Below, piece by piece: positions 52,330 through 64,000 of a DNA stretch of 64,000 bases (the first letter of the stretch is position 1; each line of letters opens with the position of its first letter). The DNA lies in assembly GCA_964016885.1 (NCBI GenBank), contig OZ024740.1, positions 94,736,001 to 94,800,000 of the forward strand, given 5' to 3'. The DNA is from Eledone cirrhosa. Taxonomy: Eukaryota. The notes under the pieces were generated by a model, which worked only from the letters and a program-made list of their open reading frames with translations, searched no databases and was not told the origin of the DNA. The position numbers were made by a program, and so were the translations under genes.

Positions 52330-54810
52330 TGACCGTGCAAAAAAAACAGATCCCCAAATAAAAACCGATCGCCAAATAAAAATGGATCCCCCAATTAAGG
52401 ATCGGACCACAAAATAACAAACGACCCTCTCCCCCCCAAAACAAACATTATTTAAATTTATTGTTTTTAATCCGTCGTTTACGCTTCATTAATTTTAATC
52501 CTGGTATTTACAAAAATAATAAGTGCCTGATTAAGTTTAGTCAGTTTAGTTTTAGTCAGTGACAGACAAACACTAATAAGGATATGTGGATGATTAAAAA
52601 GAGTAAATTTAAATGGCGGATTAATAATACTAGCGATCTGTACGCGATTAAATATACAAGTGATCTTGTCGAAATAAAGATACCAGTAACCAGTGCTGGA
52701 TCAAATATAATAGGTTGTGTGCCAGATGAAAGATAAGTAACTGTGAAGATAGATGTGAGATGGTAGAGGTTAGAAGATATATGAGAGTGTATCATCTCTC
52801 ATCTAAAGTGGCAGATTAAGAATAGTAAATTTATATGCCGGAATGAACACACTAATAATCAATGCCGGATTAAAGATATTAAGTCCCTGACGGATTAAAA
52901 GCACTAGGGGTAGGTGTCAGTTTAATAAAATACAAGATATAAATGCTGAATTAAAGACACTAATGATGTTTGTCGGCACTTACACTTATTATTTCTAATC
53001 CGGCATTTTTCATTTTTTCAATCCGGCATTTGCTCTTATTAAGTTTAATCCGGAATTTACATTTGTCATTTCTAATTCGGCATTTACACTTATTATCTTT
53101 AACCTGGTATTTACAATTATTATATTCAATCAGGCATTTACGTTTATTATATTTGATCCGTCATTTACACCAATTATTTTTAATCCTGCATTAATATCTT
53201 TTTCCGGCATTTGCCATTTTTTAAAATCTGGCATTTACAATTATTAATTTTAATCCGTCATGCATCCTTTTTATTTTGATGCGGCATTTACACTCATTAT
53301 TTCTAATCCGGTACTTACTAGTATTATTAATATAAAAAAATGGATCTCCCGAAAGTAGTCAGGCTCCACAGATAAAAATTGTAACCCACAAATAAAAAAA
53401 ATGGATCAACCAAATAAAATATGGATTCTCAAATAAAAATTGATCAACCAAGCAGAAAATGGATCACCGAAATAAGAAAAAAATCACTACCCGAATAAAA
53501 ATGGATTCATCAAATAAAAATGGATCCATCAAATAAAAAAATGTACACATCAAACAAATAATTGATCACCCAAATAAAAAATAGATAAATCAAATGGAAA
53601 AAAGATTCCATCAAATACAAAATGGATCCGTCAAATAAAAAATTGATCCATCAAATAAAAGATGGATACATCAAATAAAAAACAGATTACCCAAATAAAA
53701 AATAGATCCATGAAATGAAAAATATGGATCGTAACAAGTAAAAAAAGAAATCTATCAAATACAAAATGAATCCCAGAAATAAAAACGGGATTACCCAAAT
53801 AAAAAAATGTGTCCATCAAATAAAATTGGATCGACCCCTAAATTATACAAAGGACCCCAGATGAAAAGTGGATCGCCAAAAATCGGTCTCTACAAAAAAA
53901 AAATAGATGCCCCAAATAAGAATATGGATACCCCAAATAAAAAACGGACGCACGCTATATAAAAAGGTTGATCCCGCAAATAATGATTAGATACCGGATC
54001 TCGCCCGCCCAAGTAAAAAACAGACCCCTCCCCACCAATTAAAACGTGTATAACCCCCCCCCCCCTCATACACACATATCATAACTGCAATAACAAATCT
54101 ATACCCCCCCAAAAAATAAGGCGGCCCGCAATAAAAACAATGGATCCCCAAATAAAAAACGGACCGACATTTGCCTTGATTTTTATTATTATTATATGGT
54201 ATTGGTCAATTTTACTTATTATATTTAATCCGGCATTACTCTTTTTATTATTATAAAAAATGTACCTCCCCACCAAAAGGGAGCTCCAAATAAAAGATGG
54301 ATTCCGCATATAAAAACGGTCCCGCAAATCAAAATGTATCCGGTAAATAAAAACGGAATCCCCAATGAAACATGGATACCCCAAATAAAAAAATGGATCC
54401 TCCAAATAAAAAAACCGACCCACGCTAAATAAAAAGTGGATTCCACACATAAAGATTTGACAACGGATCTGCAACCCCTCCCACCAAAAGAAATGGATCC
54501 CCAAATAAAAAAAAACAGACCTCCCAACTAAATAATGCATCTCCCAAATAAAATACGATGCGGACACCACCAACACAAAAAAGGACAATCCCCTCAAAAA
54601 ATTGATCCCCAAATAAAAAATGGAAACACCAAATAGAAAATGGACCCCGAAATAAAAAAAATGGAACCCCCTGAAAAAAAATATAATGCATTCCTCAAAT
54701 AAAAGATGGGTCACGAAATACAAAACGGACGCACATTTATCTTTATTTTTAATCCGGCATTTGTATTCATTATTTTTAATACGGCATTCATTCTTATTAT
54801 TTTTAATCCA
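52330..54810. repeat. Degenerate minisatellite region: ~20-21-bp AAATAAAAAATGGATCCCC-type units plus TTAATCCGGCATTT-type units in both orientations
   Basis: Dozens of ggatc(c/a)(c/t)caaataaaa units at 53335-54730; gccggattaa (52560-52965) faces ttaatccggc (52975-53330). Confidence 0.8.
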
Positions 54811-55802
54811 ACATTTAATACCAACTCACTAGTGGAAACTATTAACGATTTTAAAATCAAACATGTAGCATACATCCTATAATTATTATAAAAAGACAGG
54901 ACAATGTTGCTGATAACTTATACAGCTTTTTTAAAGCAGTGTTTCTCCTGTTTGTGTTTGGCATAACATATTCGTTTCTTCCAGTAGCTAAATTGTTTGA
55001 TAGATGAGATTAACTGTTATTAAATGTTTATTATCAACATAAATTAACCTAAACAATTCTTGGTGTGTCAGCATTAATGCAAATCACTGACCATTTTATA
55101 TTCATTTTATTTCGTCAAAAAGAATCCTGAGAATGTCTTATTCATAACAAGATAAAGAGCAGAATACACAACATTAAAATGAAATGTTTTCAATTAGTAT
55201 CATTTTTGATTTTAGGTTTTATCCTCTTTTACGTTTATTCATTTAACATTTCATTTCAGAAATATTCATTTTGAAGAACATTTTCGCAGAGGAAATGTCA
55301 TAAAAGTTTACATAAGATAAATAATCAAAAGTAATAATACAATTCGTAGCTTAAATGAATTAATTTAGATAAAGGTTCAAAACCTGAGCTGCAATATTTT
55401 AAAGCTGTATATATAATTATAGTTTGACTTTTATGAAAAATAAAATTTCATAAATTAATGAATCCTCAAAACGTCGAAAGCACCAAATCCAAATAAAATA
55501 ATTGTTAATTGCTTTTCTTCCTCAAGAAATAGAAATTAATTTATCTCTTGCCTTGTCAATTATACATAATATTTATAAAATATCAACACCCTTACGTATC
55601 TAAATAAATATACAGCGACCCTAACAATGCAGTTGACAAACATGTAGGAGTCAATGGAATGACAATTAAACTTATGACGAAATGTGTTGAAAATCTAAAA
55701 CTGACAAAGGCAAGCTACGCTAAACAACATTTTGCACATCATAAAAAGTCCACTCTTTTTTATACATATATATATACAAGGTGTGTTTTATGTTATCTTG
55801 TT

Positions 55803-55844
<42 letters not shown>

Positions 55845-56235
55845 GCAGCGTTACCTGGGGTGATGGCGAGGCTGAGGTGCTGGAACAACTAAGTGCCCTC
55901 ACGAGCATCACCAATTATCTCTTTTTGGTGAGAATGAAGATTAGATCCTCGCTGTCAGTCGCCCGACTCTCCCGAACGACTCGAACGTATTTCGCTGACA
56001 GATTTCTGTATTTCAGGAAATTGTTCTGTTCACCTGCGGATGCTGTAGCTCTCACCGTTACTGCTGCATCCAGGATGTTGGAGGAAGCAAAAGAGTGACT
56101 AACTGTGATGTCCCAGGTAAGGCACATGCCTGTTGACCAACAGCATAGGGAAAACACGTCAATACTTTTACCATCAATTCTGGACAACTCAGACGGTTCC
56201 AAAGTGAGGAAGTGTTTGCCCGGGCCAAAGCTCTT
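55845..56235 (-). pseudogene. Restriction-like endonuclease C-terminus of a CRE-type non-LTR retrotransposon (remnant)
   Basis: EPSELSRIDGK...WSTGMCLTWDITVSHSFASS...AGEQNNFLKY resembles EPxGLxRxDGKRPDG..W..G..L.WD.T......AE..K..KY. Confidence 0.7.
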
Positions 56236-56464
56236 AAGTGGTAATGGGACTGTCTGGATGTTCGTGCGCGCGTGAGTTTGTCGGCGTTCTTAACTTAGAG
56301 ACACGTGTGTGTGTGTGTGTGTCACTGATTTTCAGTTAGACATATATATGTGTGTATCCCTTTTCTTCCTTTTACACACACATATATTCACACATGCATT
56401 CACCCAAACACACGTACATATTGTGTGATGGACGGGTGGACAGAAGTCCCTAAAATGTATATAC

Positions 56465-57150
56465 ATGTGAAGCAGTTAGATATGTTCAAGTATCTTGGAG
56501 CCGTGTTTATGAGTGATGGAATGCAGAAAGCGGTATTAAGTGCAAGAATTGCAAAAGCTGATGCAGTAATGCGCCAGCCTAAGCATTCAGCAATCAGAAA
56601 AAGAGGATAGTTGTGAAAGCCACACTCGCTGTCTTCCTGGGGTTTCTGCCAACTCTTAACGAGGATCATAAATCATGAGTAATGACCAAAAGAATACGAT
56701 TGCAAATAAAAACGGCAGACATGGGATTCCTCCGAAGGGACTTTGCAGTAACATTACTCGATAAAGTGCATAGCTCAGAGACCAGAGAATCACTCCGCGT
56801 AGAGCCGCCACTTCTGCGAATTCAGAGATCACATCTCGGATATTATGAGCATCTGGTTAGAATGTGTCAGGAAAGAATATCTGAATTCTGAAATCACAGC
56901 TCTGACACTACAGACATGTGGTTGGAATATCAGTAAAGAATGGCTGATCACATTTTAGAGGCCAAACCAACCGGCAAGAGACAGAGTGGTAGACCCTGAG
57001 CAAGATAGTCGGATAACATCCAGGAGCATGGCTGGTCACGCTTAGGGATCCAACTGGATAAGTTAGAGATGTTTGCCACTGACAGACCCGCTGGAAGGAG
57101 TGTTTGAGAAGGACTCTACCCCCCACGACCCTCTCAGAAATAAGTGGGTA
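56465..57150 (+). mobile_element. Decayed 3' part of an RTE (Rex3/Expander-like) LINE
   Basis: KQLDMFKYLGAVFMSDG..RIAKADAVMR; MTKRIRLQIKTADMGFLRR..VTLLDKVHSSETRESLRVEPPLLRIQRSHL..HLVRM. Confidence 0.8.
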
Positions 57151-57614
57151 AAGAAGAAGATATGGTCAATTTACTTTTCAATTTACATAAATCTATATGC
57201 ATATATATTTGCATATAATATCAACATGCACACTACATATGCTAACAGTAAACTGCCCTGAGGCTGTTTTTTCTGCTAGTATATATAATGTTTGAAACAA
57301 TGTCTGTTCTAAATATGATTCATCTGGAAGGAACTAATCTCATTATTGATAAGCAACGGATATTCCAAAATTCTCCCCTGCCCAGAGCGAAAATCCTTAC
57401 ATCGCACGTTAAAACCCTATATGCAGCTCGCAATTATTATAGGACGTGATGAATGTCTAATGTGACAAACGAAAATTGTTTGTTCCGTTCAAAGAACTGA
57501 CTGTATAAAATAAGTCATCAAGAAGCCGGAATACATTATTTCTATTCTGAAGAGAACAACTTCGACTAGAACCAAAAGATAAACCAAAGGAACGATAGAA
57601 GACTAAGCAGTGAC

Positions 57615-58075
57615 CAAATGAGGATCTAACTTTCATGCACACGAAATCCCTAGAGACTATTATATTTCTTCATGTCGTCAGCAACAAGGGGGATATCATG
57701 TTTTCTAATATATTTCTCTATTGCTAAAGGCTCTACGTTGTTGTCTAGAAAATGGTGTTGGAGCGAGTTGTGAATACCGGAATACACACGGTAATAAATG
57801 GAAGACTCTTCATCTTACAAGACTCAACGCCCTCACATAAATCCAGAACGAAACAGAGATGGATGCGTGATATCTCCATGAATCGTTACTCTCCAGGAAA
57901 ACACAATCATCTGAATTGTTACGTATCTGGCGTAGTTGAAACAGAGGTCAATCTCAGAACACTACAGCATCTTTCACGTCCGCTATTACCAGCACAATGT
58001 CCACTATTGGTAAAGCTAATTTGGTTCGGGCATAGCTATTTTTCACACAATGTTTCGAGGCAGGCATTTAAGCTT
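57615..58075 (+). mobile_element. Tc1/mariner (DD37D/maT-like) transposase remnant
   Basis: MHTK..VVSNKGDIM; NGRLFILQDSTPSHKSRTKQRWM..SP..NHLNCYVSGVVE resembles QQDSAPSH..SPDLNPLDY.VWGVVE. Confidence 0.7.
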
Positions 58076-58427
58076 AAATAGAATTCCTGAAATGAATGTA
58101 ATAACTGTAATGTAAATAATAGAATCTATCTGATGGGCATTGCGTCTTTTTCTAAATTTATTCAAATGGCCACAAATCCCTGCCTTATGTATGTTGTAAA
58201 TATTAAGCAGAAATAATAAAATAAACGAAACAGTTGATTGAAAAAATATATCGGATTGAGGTTTGATATTGCAGAAAAACTGTCTTAACCCATCACAAGA
58301 TAGAATTATCAATAAAATAAAATAAAATAAAAATAGGAATAGAAAGAATGAGAAAAGCATGAAACGGAATAGAATGTGAAAAAGTGGCAGGCACGCCTCC
58401 CTATTCAGTTAGCCATGTTGAAGATTC

Positions 58428-58469
<42 letters not shown>

Positions 58470-59270
58470 TCCTGTTGCGCGTGCACCGCATAATTCTCTG
58501 CTTCCTGCACACCATTCCACAGATTCTACACCACTGCTCACACGCTCTAGACATCCACCCTGTTATACTCGGATTTTTCACCATCTCTTCCTAAACTCCG
58601 CGGGAAAATGTTCAGGAACACACAAACATTTACACTATTTTCGCATACACGCAACCGTACTTTCAAACGTATCCACACCACACAAAAACACACACAGACG
58701 TTCGTATCCTCACATACACATTCTCGGCCTCCGGTCTGGGCACGCTACCTCTCCCCCGCACCATCTCACCCCTCTCCATCCTCACGCACACGCACACTGA
58801 CTTACACCCCACCTCATGTACACACTGGTTTTCCTATTACCCGATCATGGAAACTCGCTCTACCCCAAACTCTCACAGCCACATCCACACATACACACAC
58901 ACACGTACACTTACACACATAAATACACCTCACCTTTCCCTCTATCCACTCGGACCCCTGTCTCCCTCACCCCTCTTTCCCTCCATTCCACCCCACACGC
59001 CTCTCACTCTTTCACCACTTGTTTCATTTTAATTTTTTTACACTCTTTTTAATATTTTCTTTCCCTTGAAAGGTGCGCCCCTTTTAGTGTCTTTTCACCA
59101 ATCCACTTCACATCCTCGGAACTATTTTCCTTCCCACTTTTCTCCTGATGAAGGTTTTATGCCTGAAATGCTGTCACCGACACCCACTCTCACAGTGAAC
59201 CTAATACTAACCCTTTATACTTCACTCTTCGATATTGTTTTTGTTTTCTGTTTTAAGTTATATATATGCT
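58470..59270 (+). mobile_element. Degenerate 3' end of a Neptune-type PLE with an HHR
   Basis: Begins LRVHR (EN tail-like) after (TA)n; pyrimidine/CA-rich 3' UTR; CTGATGA-AGG-ttttatg-CCT-GAAA-tgct-GTC at 59145-59175. Confidence 0.55.
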
Positions 59271-59454
59271 ACATCATTAACTAGTATCACTCTGAAATCA
59301 TCATAATTTCGTGAAACAGTTATGTTGGTATGTTGATGCGCCGTGTCATGAAGCGACTCAATCTCTGAGTGCTCAACACCAAAGACAATAATATTCTCAA
59401 TCTCACATTTTCCCACGAAAGGAAACATCATATTCGTGTAGTTTAACATTTCAC

Positions 59455-60050
59455 ACTAAAATATCAGGTTCAGTGTAGAATATCCCTCCGAAGCCAGTAC
59501 CTTCACCCTTCGCGTCTACAGACTGGTTATTCATTGAAAACGGAGAAATAAACACCGAATGCTATCGTAAGGAGGCTTGTGGTGACGATTTCCTCCTCCA
59601 TAAATCGGCCCTAGCAAAACACACTAAAAGAGGGTTCATAAAACAGTGAAATTGGGTGTATACCGGATAGATGGAGGAAGTATTAGTGAAAAGTCACTCG
59701 CATTAGACAGTTCAATAGGACTTTAGAAGCAAACGGCGAAAACCAAAAACCTGAAGAAGGACCAACACAGTATTATCCACTTCAGCGAAGGAAAAACTAA
59801 TGTCATCCGCAGGGATATCCGGTGGAGAGGCCTTAAGTTCAAACTGGTCCACTCTGACCCTCGCTATGGAGATATCTAACAGAAGACAGCCCCTTAGTGA
59901 GGAGAACACATGTATACTATGCTATTGAGCCACCCAGATAATTAGGTGTTGTCTGCATACCTTCGTTGTGTACGAATTGGAATGTGTCAGGTTCAGACAC
60001 ATTCGACCCCAGAAACACTGATAAAAGCACATACCAACAATAACTACTCC
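59455..60050 (+). pseudogene. Penelope/Poseidon-like RT thumb remnant
   Basis: Manual translation IRFSVEYPSE..IENGEINTECYRK..LHKSALAKHTKRGFINSE..LEANG resembles FTxE..T.VYRK..SAHP..K..NGY. Confidence 0.5.
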
Positions 60051-60729
60051 TCGTTCAACAAACGTACGCTCAAACTCAAATCAATAAAAACAAAAATGGA
60101 TTAAAAATAACCACGAACATTGTGGCTGCTGATCACAGCATAGGCATTCTGAGAATGAATGAAAGAGATTCTCTTGAATGAGCGAGTTGACATACGCATT
60201 AACATTTGAGTGTTATTAAACGAAGCACAAAGACTGATATAACTTGATCCAACCTCCATATACATGCATATATGTGGCTTTTCACACACGCATAGTATTA
60301 CATAAAAACACACATAACCATCCATATACATAGTTACATTCACGCAGATAACACATATTTAATATACATATATACAGACGCCCTTGCATATGCGCTTAAA
60401 CCGATCCATATAAACATTGACAGCAAACACTTATATAGCACATGCAAAAGCAAATCCTCGCATAACTGTTATTCAAGAAGAAAAAAAGGAATAAAAGGCC
60501 ACCAGGATTAAAATTTCGGTTTCTTGACTGAAGCAACACCCATATGCACGCTCTTGGTAATTGATTGTTAATTTGAAAATATTGGGAATAAGAAAGTGTT
60601 ATGGTAACATTCAAACATACCTCCTTTCTAATAGTTTCCATTCCTTCTAATTCCCTTCTGAATTATTACTTTGCCATTCTAACATACTTGCACTTCATCG
60701 CTCTCCAAACATACAAACCAACGGATTTA

Positions 60730-60774
<45 letters not shown>

Positions 60775-60781
<7 letters not shown>

Positions 60782-61723
60782 TTAGAAACACACAGATACA
60801 TGCGGACACACACATATACATGAATGCATCCACACCCAACCGCGAGTTAAGGGTGCCAACCTCACCGATGTTGCTCAATGAATGACTGGGACAGACCAAT
60901 CCGGTTGAACTAGACTGAACCAGTATCAGAGTTAAAAATACGTTATGAAGAGAGAAGAAACATTTAGATATAATTAGTAATAAAATGTATCATAACTAAA
61001 CTGCTCCTAGATTCCTCGACTACGTAGTTTCGTGGCATAAACAAAAACAATACATCATAAAGATATAGAGTCCTTGCGAGGTCTGCCGACTTATCAAGAG
61101 GATACCTCATTTTACTAGCCTCAAGAACGCGTCTACACGACGTGAGAAAGAATCCCAAAAGGCGGAGTGGGAGATAGTAACGCGATATAACGGTCGAGAA
61201 ACAGAGCTAAGCCTCTTATAACCCCGAAGAAAATACCACGGAGGCGGAGGGGGTATTTATATCGAAGCCGTAGAAGATGTGGTGAAGGAGGAAAGAAGTA
61301 TGAGTAATGGCAGCTTTCCAGCAGTCACCACACTTCAAAGATTACTCTACCAGAGGGAGTTATTAACAATATATTTAGAAACACACAGATACATGCGGAC
61401 ACACACATATACATGAATGCATCCACACCCAACCGTGAGTTAAGGGTGCCAACCTCACCGATGTTGCTCAATGAATGACTGGGACAGACCAATCCGGTTG
61501 AACTAGACTGAACCAGTATCAGAGTTAAAAATACATTATGAAGAGAGAAGAAACATTTAGATATAATTAGTAATAACATGTATCATACCTAAGCTGCTCC
61601 TAGATTCCTCGACTACGTAGTTTCGTGACATAAACAAAAACAATACATCATAAAGATATAGAGTCCTTGCGAGGTCTGCCGACTTATCAAGAGGATACCT
61701 CATTTTACTAGCCTCAAGAACGC

Positions 61724-61727
<4 letters not shown>
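60775..61727 (-). mobile_element. 1.6 tandem copies of a 593-bp non-coding unit with a U3:A8 HHR, between (TA)n tracts
   Basis: tttagaaacacacag at 60781 and 61374; HHRs at 61013-61102 and 61606-61695. Confidence 0.85.
61013..61102 (-). ncRNA. Hammerhead ribozyme, UUGAUAA core variant (copy 61606-61695)
   Basis: tcctc-TTGATAA-GT...AC-GAAA-CTACGTAG-TC-gagga; perfect stem I; palindromic stem III; GUC triplet. Confidence 0.78.
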
Positions 61728-61784
<57 letters not shown>

Positions 61785-61806
61785 TGTGCGTGAGTATGTA
61801 TGTGTA

Positions 61807-61845
<39 letters not shown>

Positions 61846-64000
61846 CTATATATCTATATATATATAGATATATAGATATATCTATATATATATATATATA
61901 TATACATACATCATTATATATACATCTTTGTATATTATGTGGAAAGAATTTTGAAACAAATTATACGGGAATACGATATTTTCAATGGTGTGAAATGGAA
62001 ATGAAGCACTGAATCAAGAATATTATATGAAATAGCGTACTTTCATTATACGCACCGGCGTTTAAGTGATATTAATTACAATAACTTGAACCTATCTATA
62101 AGTAATCTTCAATTTCAATTAGAAGCAATATGCCTAACGTATCTAGTGCCATATTTAAAGCAATATACATTACTAACATTTAATTGTTGTGTGGGAAGAA
62201 GATGGATGAATAATATTTGTCTAACAATTGCTATTGTCAATCCTTATATTATTAGATGTATGATAACTATCGTTACTAGCCTTGATGATTTATCAGCATA
62301 GGCAAATTAGTAACAGCATAATTTTAATTAAACGAACGAAGATATATAAATCGTATACTTGCCTGAAATTGTAATCACCAGCAATTAAACTTGCTGAGTG
62401 AGTCAATGTAGGAAATTAATCTTAATTTTACATTAACTTCATCTATAAGTAGAAAAAGAAAAAAAAGAAAAATGCAGTAACGTAGAATCTGAGAAACTGG
62501 GCGATCATATATAAAATTTCAGATATACACTGTAAAATGTATAGTTAAATAATATATTAGTATAGTATACCATTCTGCACAGGTCACATTGTTTGATGCT
62601 GAAATTATGATGCCATAGGAATATTTCGGATTTACGTAAACATTATTTACATTTAGAAAACACCCACAATTTTGCAATATATAAGATGTGCCGTAAGGAT
62701 TTACATCAACAGCAAGCATGTGAAACTAGAGATTATAACTGGCATGGAACTGCGAAGAAGTCGCAGGTATCTATATCATTTGTATTTGCCATGTCTTATG
62801 CATGCACGCCGATAACATCGTAACAACCATGAATAAACAATCGACATTCTAGTCAAATTGGGTATTCATATTCAGACACACATATATTGTAGATCGATGT
62901 CTATGTGAAAATATATGAAATTATTGAATACGTAAGACCATTAAAAGTGTACATCCTATTTACATGTTTCTGAATAATAAATATTGAAAGTATTTGTAGA
63001 AGATGCATATATTTATGAAACAATATAATGGAATACTCCGTAAATCGGCATGTTTATTATATGTTTGGTTATGAATTTAATATGAATGGTATAAAAACAA
63101 GGCAGTAATCGAATATAAAATGTGCAGAGATAATGGAGGTGAATTTCCTAAGATATAAAATAGATCTGTAAATACGTGAAATAGTGAAAATCAATGCCCG
63201 TTAATATGATGTATGAACATATTTCAATAGCAGTCGTATTCAATTCTAAATTTAAATATTCTCTTTAAATTGTAGTCTTGAAAATGTTCTGTTAGTGCTC
63301 TTTACGTATAACTCATTTACATAATTGTTTCTAGATCTAACTATTGTATCACTTAATATAGTATTGTCATTGCTTGCTTTCCTGTTCTTTGATCCCGTAT
63401 TTTTGCATTACGATTAAACGTATCATAGCATATTCATATCAAATTATGTTTTAGAAATACGAAACAAAAGCTCACATCATTCACCTGGTTTAATAGCCAG
63501 TAACGATATATGTATTGACATTGAGCACAATTCCTTTCAAATGTAATTACTCATAATATAACATGATTTACTTTCTCACCAGATAATTCCAGATTTGCTC
63601 TTATAAAGTTTCAACCCGTGTTAGAGATTATTTTTATATTCTATACATAGTATATCGTGCTGGAGATAATTCATTTTATTTTCCCTTCGGTAAGGTTGTA
63701 TACCGTGACTTGAAAGATAATGCTTCTTAGGTTGCGATAGAATGTAGTCTTCGTTTTCTAGAATCAAAATAAAATAAAGAGATTGTAAATACTCATAGAA
63801 ATTAGATTAATTAATGTGTGGGAATTGTCATGAGTATTTTTGGGGGGGAAGGAGTTATACACAAAATGAACAAATTAGTAAGTTCTAACATTACTCGTAC
63901 AAAATATACATCAAATAGAGTTTTAAAAGTGTGTGAGAATGACATCTAGTGATGGTTACTTCTACGGATATTAATTCAGCAATGAGCATTTGATATTCCA

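Noticed and set aside
53335-54730. Short-repeat array as CRISPR, or its F/I/W/G-rich ORFs as membrane proteins
   Set aside because: Degenerate contiguous minisatellite; the ORFs are by-products of T-rich repeats
62000-64000. Repeat-poor AT-rich tail as a gene region
   Set aside because: No supported ORF, RNA motif or repeat structure visible; cannot exclude intron or small exons without RNA-seq

Overview
AT-rich eukaryotic (animal) non-coding DNA saturated with (TA)n, (TG)n, (CT)n, (AAAG)n and (AGAT)n microsatellites. The SINE and repeat landscape resembles octopus/cephalopod DNA (inference). I found no convincing host exon, and most ORF-track entries are microsatellite artefacts. The window is a graveyard of transposable elements: a decayed Ty3/Gypsy LTR element (CsRn1/Kabuki-like, tRNA-Trp PBS, 12.6-17.8 kb), a 5'-intact RTE-type LINE (19.5-22.4 kb), two near-full-length Penelope-like elements (PLEs) with RT, a CxCx5C linker and GIY-YIG (35.3-41.4 kb and 42.4-49.6 kb), several Neptune/Poseidon-type PLE fragments, and RTE, CRE and mariner remnants plus SINEs. 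The main hidden signal is more than 30 hammerhead-ribozyme (HHR) motifs, counted by eye, from roughly 15 unrelated repeat families. They lie in non-coding fold-back palindromes and 0.3-0.6 kb tandem arrays inserted into (TA)n tracts, resembling pseudo-LTRs or retrozymes. At least four families carry the compensatory U3:A8 core (UUGANAA) instead of CUGANGA. All folds were judged by eye and none is experimentally tested.
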